Origin: Eledone cirrhosa | Lineage: Eukaryota | Direction: 5' to 3' | Assembly (NCBI GenBank): GCA_964016885.1 | Contig: OZ024755.1 | Span: forward strand, 41,416,001-41,480,000 | Length of the DNA: 64,000 nucleotides | In this document: positions 54,601 through 64,000 of the stretch, one piece after another | Layout: each line of letters opens with the position of its first letter | Numbering within the stretch: the first letter of the stretch is position 1 | Translations under genes and position numbers: made by a program | Notes under the pieces: generated by a model | What the model was told of the DNA's origin: nothing | What the model saw: only the letters and a program-made list of their open reading frames with translations | Databases searched by the model: none

Positions 54601-57600
54601 GTCATGTAGGTGTCACAACAAAAAGCAGCCCACACTGTAATGTGGTCGTGTAGGTGTCATGACAAAGATCATCCAGCCCACACTGTAAAGTGGTTGGGTA
54701 GGTGTCACAACAAAAAGCACCCAGTACTCACTGTAAATGTGGTTGACATTAGGAAGGGCATCCAGCTGTAGAAACCAGTTCTGTATGAGCAAGACATGGT
54801 CACAACAAGATAAGTCATCCAAGCCATGCCAGCATGGAAAAATGGAAGTTTAACAGTGATGATGATGACGAATTGATTGTGAAACTATTGTAATAAAGGT
54901 TAGCTACGTAGACCATACTTACTGAACAGAGAGAATGTCTGATTCTGTTGAAAGTGTAACATTCATGAGGTAATAAAACTTGGCCAAAAGTGGTTTACCA
55001 TTGATGTCTAAAATATTCACTTTCGCTACAATATCTTTACCAAGTTCCACCTAGAGAAAAACAAAATGAAAAATAGAAATTACTATACCAATAGAAACCT
55101 TATGATAGAAAAAGTATCAGATTTATTGGCATATGAAGTCTTTCATTACATTAATCTATAAAAAACAGTGTTTCCCCATTTAGCTGTATGCCACATATGT
55201 AGGAGGTGAAAAGAGGGAGGAGTGATAAGTAGAGAGATAGTGTGTGTGTGTGAAAGAAAGGTAGATTGTTTATGTCACGTCTGTCAACAATTTAGTTTCT
55301 ATGGTGACAACACTACCTCTCAATATTTCACACATACACCCTTTCTCTCTTGTATTTATTGGCATATCAAGCCTTACATTACCATAATTCTAATGAAAGA
55401 CACCGCTTATTATTTGTAAATAATTTTGAAAATAATCAAGTGTGCTGCTCCCTCCCCACTTTCCTTTACTTCCATTATATACTGTATATACTTGAATATA
55501 AACCAATCTGAATACAGGCCAACCCTTTATTCTATGTCTAAGAAATGGGTAAAAATCCAAACCCCATTTATAAACCAAGGCAGGTAATCAACACATTATG
55601 TGTAGATGGTGTAGCTTTGAAATTTTCATGAGTGAATAATATATCTATGAAGTTTTAATATTTTAATATTTTGATATTTAAAATGTTTTAAGTGTCGTTT
55701 AAAGTATAGTTTTTGTTTCAGAACATAAAAAAAAACAATAAGAAATATGAATTTCACCTCCAAAGTGAAACAGGTGTAATATTCACCTCCAAAGTGGAAA
55801 TATTTTAGCACCAATTTTGAATTTGGTGAAAATCAGCAAAATATTGACCTTGAAAATGTTAAACTGATGTTATTCACATTTCTTTGTCATGTTGTATATA
55901 GTATAGTATATAGTTTTAACTGTATGTATATTTACATCATGTTGTATATAGTATATAGTTTTAACTGTATGTATATTTACATCATGTTGTATATAGTTTT
56001 AACTGTATGTATATTTATGTCACGTATATAGTATAGTATATAGTTTTAACTGTATGTATATTTACGTCTCGTATATAGTATAGTATATAGTTTTAACTGT
56101 ATGTATATTTACATCATGTTGTATATAGTATATAGTTTTAACTGTATGTATATTTACGTCACGTATATAGTATAGTATATAGTTTTAACTGTATGTATAT
56201 TTACATCATGTTGTATATAGTATAGTATATAGTTTTAACTACGTATATTTACATCATGTTGTATATACTATATAGTTTTAACTGTCTGTATATTTACGTC
56301 ACGTATATAGTATAGTATATAGTTTTAACTGTATGTATATTTACATCATGTTGTATATAGTATAGTATATAGTTTTAACTATGTATATTTACATCATGTT
56401 GTATATAGTATATAGTTTTAACTGTATGTATATTTACATCATGTTGTATATAGTATATAGTTTTAACTGTATGTATATTTACAATAATATAGGCTGGAAA
56501 TTTGTAATCTTTTGTAAAATTTTAAAATGTTTACATTCTCTTATGATTCTGCTGCAGCTAAATGTGAACAATATCTGTTAAATCACACTCCAGTTCACTA
56601 CAGTAATGACGAAAGGCAAAGTTAACCTTCGCGGGATTTGAACTCAGACCATAACTCTTTGGTTGCAAAGCATGGCGTCCGACCCTCTACTGATTGGTAA
56701 GAATGTGTGTAATTTATGTATAAAAGAATACGTACCTTGTCAATAACATAGAGGTGTATGTAACCAACTCCAGACACTTGAACTGTTGTAGAAGGGGGCT
56801 GTGACAGATCCAAGCAAAGATCATGAATCTTTACTTTGGTGATTCCATCCAGTCTAGGTATAACCTGAACAATAAAATATAAATGCTATCTTAATCAGAA
56901 GAAACTGATAAAAGCTGAAAACTAAACAATCTATATTCTTATTTAATTCTGATTGTAAATCTTAATTTATACAACAGATAATTGAGCTCTATTTTGCAGT
57001 TTGTTTGTTTTTTAAATCTTTCTGAGGTCTTGCAGTGATCAAAACCACCTCTTGTGTTGGTGCTGCAAAAAAAATGCACCCAGTACACTCTGCAAAGTAT
57101 TTGACAATCGAATGGAGACAATGTAGGGTAAAAGGGACTCTCTAGTCTTGTCAAGAACATAATGACGTCTCTTGTGTTGGAGTCTTTATAAAATGCACCC
57201 AGTACACCCTATAGAGGTAAGGACAGAAGGTGACAACATGAGGTTGAGGGGGCAGATTAATTCTCTTTTTGAGGACGTGGCCAACTCTAGTGTTGGAGTC
57301 ATTATAAAATGCACCCAGTACACTTTGCAAAGAGGGCAGAGGCCATATAAAACTGCACCCAGTCCAACCCATGCTAGCATAGAAAGCACGAGAACAGTTT
57401 ATATACATAATCAACTACAGAAGTACTTAGCTAAAAGTAAGCCCCTCTACCTGGCATTTGTCAACCTGGAGAAAGTTTTTGACAGAGTCCCCCGTACCAT
57501 AATCTAGTGGGCTCTTTAGAAAACTAGGAGTAGAGGAGTGGCTTGTGAAAGCTGTACAAGCGATGTATAGGGGAGCAGTCAACAAAGTTAAGATTAACAA

Positions 57601-59992
57601 TGACTATAATGAAGAACTTAGCTAACAGGTAGGTGTTCATCAGAGCTCTGTTCTTAGCTCTCTCGTGTTTATTATTGCCCTACAGGCTATAACAGAAGAG
57701 TTTAAGACTAGCTGACCATGGGAACTCTTGTATGCAGATGATCTAACATTTATAGCTGAATCTATAGTGAATTAAAGAAGAAATTCCAAATCCAGAAGCA
57801 TGGCTAAGAATAAAAGGATCTTAAAGTTAACCTGACAAAGACTGAGGTCCTAATAAGTAGAAGGGAAAACACTGGCCTTGCTCAGTGTGCGGGAAAAGCA
57901 TAGATAGAAATTCCATTCTCTGTCCCAAATACAAACTATGGGTACACAAGAGATGTAGTGGATCTCAGGTAGGTTAACTAAGAATATAGGTTTTACATGT
58001 GGCCATTGCACAGGAGCAAACACCCACAGAAAACAAGCTCTATCTAATTCTTGGAGGGTTCAGTAGAAGCAGTAGACAGCTTCTGCTACCTGGATGACCA
58101 AATCAGCAGTGGAGGCAGGGGTTCCAAAAGTACAGTAGCCAGAGTAAGAATAAGATGGAAAAAGTTCAGGCAGCTACTACCATTACTAGCTATTCAAGAT
58201 TTTTCCTTCAAAATGAAGGGCAGATTTTATAATGCATGTATATGAACAGCAATGTTGCATGGTAGCAAGGCCTGAGCACTGTGACAGAGGAGCTGCAAAG
58301 ATTGGAAAGAACTGAAGCTTGCATGCTCTGATGGTTGAGTAATGGTAATATAAATGAGAAACAGGGCATAAGAGGAATCAGATACAGTGTGCAGGAGAGG
58401 AGATTGCATTGGTATGGACATATGATACATATGAAGGATGACAGCTGTATAAAAAGGTAGAGCACTCAAAGTTGATGGCAGGAAGACGCAGGAAGAAAGG
58501 TGATGACACAGGATAAAGCTATTTGGTGTTATGCAGTTATACAGAAGATCCACCTTCCCCTGTGCACAGGTTGAAGCATACATCTTGTATGCACCTTCCC
58601 CTCCCACATCATAACACTCCACCCATGCCCTAACACCCTATCCCTTATCCATGTCCCTAGATCTACCTCCTCAATCCTCACACACCTCTCCCCAACTAAG
58701 TCCCTAGCCCACAGTGTAAAGTGGTCATTCTGGTGCCATGACAAAATGTCCCCAGCCCACTGTAAATGTAGTTGGCGTTAGGAAAGGCATTCAGCTGTAA
58801 AGGTATTCAGCCAGAAACAATTTTGTATGAGCAAGACAGTCACTTGATCTGACTTGTCTCACAACGGGACAACTTTTGTCTAACCCATGCTAGCATAGAA
58901 ATATGGATGTTAAATGGTGATGACGAATCTAAGCTACAATGAAGGGAAGGTGTCATCATGATCATCATAATAATTGTTTCTACTTTTGGCACAAGGCCAG
59001 CAATTATTCCAGTGTATTACTGGTACTTTATTTTATCGACCTCGTAAGGATGAAAGGCAAAGTTAACCTCGGTGGGATAATAATAATCATCAATGTCCAC
59101 ATTCCCTGCTAACTAGGATCATTTTACATCTGTTTTCATTGCTGGTCTGGGTTGGATGGTTGACTGGACTAGAACAATCTACTCTTGCTTCTACATTCCA
59201 TTTAGGTCAGGGTTTCTATGACCAAATGTTCTTCCTAATATCTAGCATGACCCACAATGAGTGGAATCAAATGATGAGTAAAAGAGTTGTTTAAGGGAAC
59301 AGTCTATTTGTGGAATTAACAGACTGAGTATTCCAAAGATCTGTACAATTGACGTAATAGGGAGGACCTTTCAGTTGTGTGAAGAACATAACAGACTGCC
59401 TAGTGCTGATAATCTACTTTATAAACACAGAGTACATGCCGTAAAGTGGTTGAAGGGCATCCAGTCATAGAAACCTTGCCAAACATGGGGTTAGGAGGAC
59501 CCTTCAGTTTGTTTCAAAAGACACAACTTCTCTACACATGATATGGCTTGTATGGGAGCCAACTTCAGTACTGACTTGATCTATGTAGACCCACAGTCCT
59601 TGCTAGCAGGGAAAGCGTTAAATGATGATGATACAGCATGACACAGTATGTGACAAGACTGGCCATTTGAATTACAGGTACATCTGATGGGCTTCCAAAC
59701 AGTTTCTGTCTACCCAGTTTCACTCACAAAGCATGGGACGACCCAAGCTGTGGTAAATGACTTCGAAAGATGCTAAACAGTAGGTTTGAAGAGGGCACCT
59801 AAAGAATATGAAGCAAACATCATAAACATGGACAACAAGTGGAGTAAATCTTCTATTGTTTATGAGCAGACAACAGAATATGGCACTTACCTGTATGGTG
59901 TTGTTATGGCTAATAAGTCTGACATCGACAAAGGAGGTAGGAAGAGATTCCACATGGAAGTAGCCAGAACCTTTATTGATCTTCAACGAAGC
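5635..59992 (-). CDS. NUP210: Nuclear pore membrane glycoprotein 210 (gp210), internal 13-exon portion, 546 aa; gene continues beyond both window ends
   Basis: Manual exon chain with GT/AG boundaries and matching phases: 59891-59992, 56736-56864, 54923-55050, 45676-45814, 44579-44641, 42841-43020, 34087-34167, 31293-31424, 28355-28510, 27946-28037, 9089-9266, 7797-7969, 5635-5719. Peptides follow remembered vertebrate Nup210 luminal Ig-like motifs in order (GSGYF, IHDLCL, VFPPLRL, GGP, PFSFG, LKTNR, FGINQT, LPLG..FHD..G..FHA). Confidence 0.93.
5764..6835 (-). repeat. RTE 3' end followed by a ~45-51-bp minisatellite amplified from the RTE 3'UTR module
   Basis: (CAT)n tail and RTE terminal motif at 5764-5910, then ~19 units of CCACTTTACAGAGTGTACTGGGTGTATTATATTGTAGCACCAACACTA. 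Confidence 0.88.
7797..7969 (-). CDS. NUP210: Nup210 exon l (VKPVSFLMLSVDTVFKSKSGSLSALPLGATLSIHVSFHDEIGHIFHATNIQTKFTCN..)
   Basis: ctttcaag| ... CG|gtaagt; 173 nt, phase 0-2. Confidence 0.93.
9089..9266 (-). CDS. NUP210: Nup210 exon k (.DNSVRLIYKTSSRPGEKAAELTVRENGILSTGSKTGQITLVVTAVEDFGINQTMVVNVV)
   Basis: atttttag|G ... |gtgagt; 178 nt, phase 2-0; FGINQT motif. Confidence 0.91.
9975..10870. repeat. CA-rich 20-24-bp minisatellite (ACACATCTACTGTGTTACATAC)
   Basis: Direct periodicity. Confidence 0.95.
11672..13600 (+). mobile_element. 5'-truncated RTE LINE (RT + PHD + C-terminus + 3'UTR), same subfamily as the 34-39 kb element
   Basis: QFGF, DLEKAFD, GVHQGSVLSP, YADD motifs; premature TGA at 12806-12808, small in-frame deletion, frameshift near 13010; (GAT)n tail. 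Confidence 0.96.
13638..27955 (-). repeat. Large 38/40-bp minisatellite, ~360 copies, containing the Nup210 exon j splice donor; spans an assembly gap
   Basis: Minus-strand unit GACTAATAG|GTGAGTACTAATG(C/T)TGTGTATGTCAGACA(GA); terminal unit is continuous with the exon. Confidence 0.98.
24566..24765. other. Assembly gap (200 N)
   Basis: N run of round length; true array size unknown. Confidence 0.99.
27946..28037 (-). CDS. NUP210: Nup210 exon j (VFDGLSLISPSLVNGYILVTANTETQLKTN..)
   Basis: acaattag| ... AATAG|gtgagt; 92 nt, phase 0-2; completes the LKTNR-D motif with the next exon; its 3' end is part of the first unit of the 40-bp array. Confidence 0.9.
28355..28510 (-). CDS. NUP210: Nup210 exon i (TGLNLPKESNFATNLVAVGTGIITVQLRVKPTVKGKNQIVLDKEFRDELQIE)
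   Basis: tctttcag| ... |gtaagt; 156 nt, phase 0-0. Confidence 0.91.
28660..30345 (-). mobile_element. Degenerate RTE LINE fragment (RT to 3'UTR)
   Basis: MKTGKATGP..QFGF..AFVDL and LCWYGHVMR peptides, with many stops and frameshifts. Confidence 0.9.
30348..30567. mobile_element. TTAA-flanked AT-rich MITE
   Basis: TTAACCTTTTTG ... CGAAGGAGTTAA ends; right end resembles the 48-bp array unit in reverse. Confidence 0.5.
31293..31424 (-). CDS. NUP210: Nup210 exon h (MPMFAVGITDNVTPFSFGSAIPPLSFTWTVSNSKVATLQSVYHK)
   Basis: catttcag| ... |gtagga; 132 nt, phase 0-0; PFSFG and F.W motifs. Confidence 0.93.
31477..32110. mobile_element. MITE with an internal 55/57-bp tandem array (~9 copies, 31487-31990)
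   Basis: Starts TTAACCCTTTAGCAT; homologous to 5253-5552, which has only ~2 units. Confidence 0.75.
34087..34167 (-). CDS. NUP210: Nup210 exon g (DAIDVYVLKLSGVKIHSPLTQLKIGTL)
   Basis: tcttgtag| ... |gtaggt; 81 nt, phase 0-0. Confidence 0.88.
34679..37773 (-). pseudogene. RTE ORF (APE endonuclease - RT - PHD - C-terminal domain), ~1030 codons with one apparent 1-nt deletion near 34923
   Basis: GTINV, IQETRW, SAYAPQ, GDLNGH, VDYIL, SQHRL (APE); YADD (RT). Reads AGAGGGTCAGA here versus AGAGGGATCAGA in the copy at 12962; restoring one base joins it to the 34679-34879 ORF (GRPRKTW..DRDLWR). Confidence 0.92.
38084..39412 (-). repeat. Tandem ~565-bp monomers (572 + 560 + ~195 bp partial) in the RTE 5' region
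   Basis: TAGATAGAAGGTAATGATTG recurs at 38084, 38656, 39216; units differ mostly in microsatellite lengths. Confidence 0.95.
39468..39718. repeat. ~65-bp inverted repeat pair (foldback / MITE-like)
   Basis: TAGTAAAAGAATGAATAACATGGT..AACAATTGTTT versus its near reverse complement at ~39652-39718. Confidence 0.85.
40112..40430 (+). mobile_element. tRNA-derived SINE, family A
   Basis: Same head and body as 4033; (GAAAT)n tail. Confidence 0.9.
40745..41010 (+). mobile_element. 3' fragment of a second LINE family (RTE/RTEX-like C-terminus)
   Basis: RRLRLAGH..R....LLWEP.HG..RRGRPRLTYVD motif; (TAGA)n after it. Confidence 0.75.
41515..41843 (+). mobile_element. RTE 3' end fragment
   Basis: Matches the ORF end and 3'UTR of the 13.15-13.6 kb copy; (GAT)n tail. 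Confidence 0.85.
41901..42212 (+). mobile_element. tRNA-derived SINE, family A
   Basis: Near-identical to 40112. Confidence 0.9.
42425..42725. repeat. AT-rich repeat TAGTATGTCAGACAGTTA(TA)n
   Basis: ~7 units with variable TA tracts. Confidence 0.85.
42841..43020 (-). CDS. NUP210: Nup210 exon f (ILATGGPRTQGSVEFSMENSAKASISNIGLVEGLELGSTKLIGQAVGLHPDTNEPVVYSE)
   Basis: ttatccag| ... |gtaagt; 180 nt, phase 0-0; Ig-like (BID_2-type) segment. Confidence 0.92.
43226..44376. repeat. 43-bp minisatellite, ~27 copies (GTGTTGGTGTCACACTGTACCCAGTCCATTCTGTCATGTGGTA)
   Basis: Direct periodicity; resembles the RTE 3'UTR module. Confidence 0.95.
44579..44641 (-). CDS. NUP210: Nup210 exon e (VFPPLRLRPRSLTLIIGAVFQ)
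   Basis: tgtttcag| ... |gtaatt; 63 nt, phase 0-0. Confidence 0.92.
44694..44857. mobile_element. 164-bp Tc1/mariner (pogo/Tigger-like) MITE
   Basis: TA|CCGTATTTCCC ... GGGAAATACGG|TA: terminal inverted repeat plus TA target duplication. Confidence 0.85.
45317..45657 (+). mobile_element. tRNA-derived SINE, family A
   Basis: Near-identical to 4033; tail ends ~17 bp from the exon d donor. Confidence 0.9.
45676..45814 (-). CDS. NUP210: Nup210 exon d (.ATLNGRSDSTEAEYLVKGLHIGHTTITCSAIMESGERIFSKTKPIE)
   Basis: ttgtctag|A ... GAG|gtaatt; 139 nt, phase 2-0. Confidence 0.9.
45855..53897 (-). repeat. 50-54-bp minisatellite, ~155 copies, with a 3256-bp higher-order duplication
   Basis: Plus-strand unit GAAGTTGTGAGACAGACAAGA(T/C)ATTACTACTGCTGGTAGT(AG)5-7. 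Confidence 0.98.
54480..54868 (+). mobile_element. RTE 3'UTR fragment with four copies of the internal module
   Basis: CCACACTGTAAAGTGG modules, GGAAGGGCATCCAGCTGTAGAA, (GAT)n tail. Confidence 0.82.
54923..55050 (-). CDS. NUP210: Nup210 exon c (VELGKDIVAKVNILDINGKPLLAKFYYLMNVTLSTESDILSV..)
   Basis: ttctctag| ... CA|gtaagt; 128 nt, phase 0-2. Confidence 0.92.
55888..56482. repeat. AT-rich ~40-50-bp minisatellite (CATGTTGTATATAGTATAGTATATAGTTTTAACTGTATGTATATTTACAT)
   Basis: Direct periodicity, ~13 copies. Confidence 0.93.
56736..56864 (-). CDS. NUP210: Nup210 exon b (VIPRLDGITKVKIHDLCLDLSQPPSTTVQVSGVGYIHLYVIDK)
   Basis: ttgttcag| ... |gtacgt; 129 nt, phase 0-0; IHDLCL and VIDK motifs. Confidence 0.92.
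57408..58925 (+). mobile_element. Degenerate RTE LINE fragment (RT to 3' end)
   Basis: QLQKYLAKSKPLYLAFVNLEKVFDRVPR and DSFCYLDDQISSGG peptides; many stops. Confidence 0.9.
59891..59992 (-). CDS. NUP210: Nup210 exon a (ASLKINKGSGYFHVESLPTSFVDVRLISHNNTIQ)
   Basis: ttttgcag| ... |gtaagt; 102 nt, phase 0-0; GSGYF motif. Confidence 0.9.
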
Positions 59993-60186
59993 CTGCAAAA
60001 TATAAGAAATATGGTAACACAGAATAATGCATTGTTTCTAGAACTTTCATTCTTTAATAATGTCTTTACAATAAAGTGGTATAAGTGTTAATTGTATTGG
60101 TAGTGGTGGTAGTAGTGGTGATTGGTGGTAGTGGTGACAATGGCGACTGATGGCGGTGGTAGTGTTGGTGATGATGGTAGTGACTT

Positions 60187-62203
60187 TAGCCCTTCCATTA
60201 CCATATTTCTAATGAAAGACACTGTCTATGTCATTAACCCTTTCATTACCATATTTCTAATGAAAGACACTGTCTATGTCTTTAACCCTTTCATTACCAT
60301 ATTTCTAATAAAAGACACTGCCTATGTCATTAACCCTTTCATTAGCATATTTCTAATGAAAGACACTGTCTATGTCATTAACCCTTCCATTACCAGATTT
60401 CTAATGAAAGACACTGTCTATGTCTTTAACCCCTTCATTACCATATTTCTAATGAAAGACACTGTCTATGTCTTTAACCCTTCCATTACCATATTTCTAT
60501 TGAAAGACACTGTCTATGTCTTTAACCCTTCCATTACCATATTTCTATTGAAAGACACTGTCTGTCTTTAACTCTCCCATTACCATATTTCTATTAAAAG
60601 ACACTGCCTATGTCATTAACCCTTCCATTACCATATTTCTATTGAAAGACACTGCCTATGTCATTAACCCTTTCATTACCATATTTCTAATGAAAGACAC
60701 TGTCTATGTCATTAACCCTTTCATTAGCATATTTCTAATGAAAGACACTGTCTATGTCTTTAACCGTTCCATTACCATATTTCTATTGAAAGACACTGCC
60801 TATGTCATTAACCCTTTCATTAGCATATTTCTAATGAAAGACACTGTCTATGTCATTAACCCTTTCATTACCATATTTCTAATGAAAGACACTATGTCTT
60901 TAACCCTTTCATTACCATATTCCTAATGTAAGACACTGTCTATGTCATTAACCCTTCCATTACCATATTTCTATTGAAAGACACTACCCATGTCATTAAC
61001 CCTTTCATTTCCATATTTCTAATGAAAGACACTGCCTATGTCTTTAACTCTTTCATTACCATATTTGATGAAAGGCAGACTGTATGATGCGTGTATCCGA
61101 ACAGCAATGTTGCATGGTAGTGAGACTTGGGCGCTGAAGGTGGAAGACTTACGTAGATTAGAGAGAAACGAAGCCTGCATGCTCCGATGGATGTGTAACA
61201 GTAATATACGTAAACGACAAAGCATAAATGAATTGAGAGAGAGACTGAGCATAAGAGAAATCAAATGGTGTGTGCAGGAGAGGCGGTTGCACTGGTATGG
61301 ACATGTGATGCGTATGAAGAATGACAGCTGCATAAAAAGGTGCAGAGCACTAGAAGTCGATGGAAACCGCGGAGTGGGGAGACCCAAGATGACCTGGGAT
61401 GAGGTAATAAAAGCCGACCTTACCCAATTACACCTCTCAAAGGCAATGACACACGACCGTGACCTCTGGCATCACGCAGTAATACAGAGTACCTGACCTC
61501 CCATGGGTACAAGCTGAAGCATATAGACAATATGCCCCACACCCCCCACCGCAAGGTGGTCGTGCCACGGCAAAAAACCACCCAGCCCACACTGTAAAGT
61601 GGACAGTGTAGGCGCCACGAAAAAGCACCCAGCACTCACTGTAAATGAGGTTGGTGTTAGGAAGGGCATCCAGCTGTAGAAATCAAGCCAAATCAGTTCC
61701 TGTATGAGCAAGGCATGGTCAGCCGACCAGACACTGACCACAACAGGACAACCCGTCTAACCCATGCTAGCATGGAAGAACGGACGTAAAACGGTGATGA
61801 TGATGATGATGATGATGATGATTTCTGATGAAAGACACTGTCTATGTCATTAACCCTTTCATTACCATATTTCTAATGAAAGACACTACCTATGTCATTA
61901 ACCCTTTCATTTCCATATTTCTAATGAAAGACACTGCCTATGTTTTTAACCCTTATATTACCATATTTCTAGTGAAAGACACTGTCTATGTCATTAACCC
62001 TTTCATTACCATATTTTTAATGAAAGACACTACCTATGTCATTAACCCTTTCATTTCCATATTTCTAATGAAAGACACTGCCTATGTTTTTAACCCTTAT
62101 ATTACCATATTTCTAGTGAAAGACACTGTCTATGTCATTAACCCTTTCATTACCATATTTCTAATGAAAGACACTACCTATGTCTTTAACCCTTTCATTA
62201 CTA
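60187..62203. repeat. 48-bp minisatellite (TTAACCCTTTCATTACCATATTTCTAATGAAAGACACTGTCTATGTCA), ~26 copies, split by an RTE insertion
   Basis: Direct periodicity; 16-aa periodic ORFs; internal 9-bp inverted repeat CTTTCATTA/TAATGAAAG. Confidence 0.96.
61068..61822 (+). mobile_element. 5'-truncated RTE LINE inserted in the 48-bp array
   Basis: Uninterrupted MKGRLYDACIRTAMLHGSETW..GRPKMTW..DRDLW reading frame, 3'UTR, (GAT)n tail. Confidence 0.93.
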
Positions 62204-62730
62204 ATGAATGCTTATGATGTTTAAATCTTTTGAAACTTAAAGTATTTGGACAGATTTAGCAACTTTCTCATTATTAAGCTGATGTTTGAAACAAAGATTC
62301 TTACATTAATTTATGATGAAAGGTTTGGGGATGAATATAAAGTTTAAAATATACATTTATATAGGGGCTGAGAGGACTTGTCTGGATGATCATATGGGAA
62401 CCTCTCTAGAGCTAGTATCATCAAAATACATCCTGTAAGATAGTTTGTGTATGGAAACCATACCAACTATGGAATGTATGAGTGAGATCGGGTTACTCCA
62501 ACCTGTCTCAAACCATAACAACCTATCCTACCCATTCCAACTGTGAAAATACACAAATGATGATGATGATGATGAACATTATAAAAATGTAACATCTTTG
62601 AATGATAGAAGCAAGGAGTAGTTTCAGGCAGTTTGCTATTAAAAGGGTTAATATGGCAGCTACAGTGTAACTTTGCTACATGGTATAAACAACTATGAAG
62701 AACATGTAACACACAAGAACATTATTATTA

Positions 62731-62919
62731 TGGCAGTGAATTGGCAGTATCGGTAGAGGGTTGGACGGCATGCTTTCTAGCATAGTTACGTCCCTTTACA
62801 GTGAGTTCAAATCCCGTTGAGGTTAACTTTGCCTTTCATCCTTACAGGGTCGATAAAATAAAGTACCAGTAATGAACTGGGTAATTGCTGGCCTTGTGCC
62901 AAAAGTAGAAACAATTATT
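62731..62919 (+). mobile_element. SINE, family B (tRNA-like head, Deu/Nin-like central domain)
   Basis: TGGCAGTATCGG A-box-like and GAGTTCAAATCC B box; GCCTTTCATCCTTACAGGGTCGATAAAATAAAGTACC; fragments at ~8203, 31095, 33805, 56608, 58970. Confidence 0.8.
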
Positions 62920-63957
62920 AACTGGTCTATAATTAACTATTATTAACTGGTCTATAAATAACTATTATTAACTGGCCTATAATTAACTATTATTAACTGG
63001 TCTATAATTAACTATTATTAACTGGCCTATAATTAACTATTATTAACTGGCCTATAATTAACTATTATTAACTGGCCTATAATTAACTATTATTAACTGG
63101 CCTATAATTAACTATTATTAACTGGCCTATAATTAACTATTAACTGGTCTATAGTTAACTATTATTAACTGGTCTATAAATAACTATTATTAACTGGTCT
63201 ATAAATAACTATTATTAACTGGCATATAATTAACTATTATTAACTGGTCTATAAAGGGCGGTGGATTGGCAGTATCGGTAGAGGGTCGGACGCCATGCTT
63301 TCCAGCATAGTTACGTCCCTTTACGATCTGAGTTCAAATCCCGCCGAGGTTGACTTTGCCTTTCATCCTTACGGGGTCGATAAAATAAAGTACCAGTAAT
63401 GCACTGGATAATTGCTGGCCTTGTGCCTAAAGTAGAAACAATTAACTGGTCTATAATTAACTATTATTAACTGGCCTATAAATAACTATTAACTGGCCTA
63501 TAATTAACTATTATTAACTGGCCTATAAATAACTATTAACTGGTCTATAATTAACTATTATTAACTGGTCTATAAATAACTATTATTAACTGGCCTATAA
63601 ATAACTATTATTAACTGGTCTATAATTAACTATTATTAACTGGTCTATAAATAACTATTATTAACTGGTCTATAATTAACTATTATTAACTGGTCTATAA
63701 ATAACTATTATTAACTGGTCTATAAATAACTATTATTAACTGGCCTATAAATAACTATTATTAACTGGCCTATAATTAACTATTATTAACTGGCCTATAA
63801 TTAACTATTATTAACTGGTCTATAAATAACTATTATTAACTGGTCTATAAATAACTATTATTAACTGGCCTATAAATAACTATTATTAACTGGCCTATAA
63901 TTAACTATTAACTGGCCTATAATTAACTATTATTAACTGGTCTATAAATAACTATTA
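62917..63957. repeat. 22/25-bp AT-rich minisatellite (TAACTGG(T/C)CTATAATTAACTATTAT)
   Basis: Direct periodicity. Confidence 0.95.
63257..63444 (+). mobile_element. SINE, family B, inserted in the 25-bp array
   Basis: Homologous to 62731; array units on both sides. Confidence 0.85.
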
Positions 63958-64000
63958 AAACTGTTGGCCTTGTGGCTAAATAAGAAACTTAACATCAGTA

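Noticed and set aside
59786-60091. 101-aa plus-strand ORF
   Set aside because: Antisense shadow of Nup210 exon a; TTG start; no recognisable motif.
60122-62217. Hydrophobic 16-aa repeat ORFs and apparent fusion to RTE C-terminus
   Set aside because: The 48-bp unit keeps one frame open trivially; antisense to the host gene; fusion arises from junction microhomology.
60020-64000. A further upstream Nup210 exon (expected to end near a YNHP-like motif)
   Set aside because: No matching reading frame with splice sites found by eye; probably beyond the window.

Overview
Eukaryotic, AT-rich, repeat-dense genomic DNA. The SINE/RTE repertoire suggests a coleoid cephalopod, probably an octopod (inference). 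The window lies entirely inside one minus-strand gene, nuclear pore membrane glycoprotein Nup210/gp210. I reconstructed 13 consecutive internal GT-AG exons by hand (59992 down to 5635; 1638 nt, 546 aa, phases consistent, no stops), most of which the ORF track misses. The introns hold a near-full-length RTE-clade LINE (APE-RT with an inserted PHD finger and tandem ~565-bp 5' monomers), many RTE fragments, two tRNA-derived SINE families, MITEs and about ten minisatellite arrays. Most striking: a >=14.3-kb, ~360-copy 38/40-bp array is the tandemly amplified exon/intron junction of a Nup210 exon (GACTAATAG|GTGAGT). A second, 8-kb, ~155-copy array just upstream of another exon reads in the pre-mRNA as a repeated 3' splice site (pyrimidine tract + CAGCAGTAG). 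Any function of these arrays is inference. No prokaryotic or CRISPR features are present.
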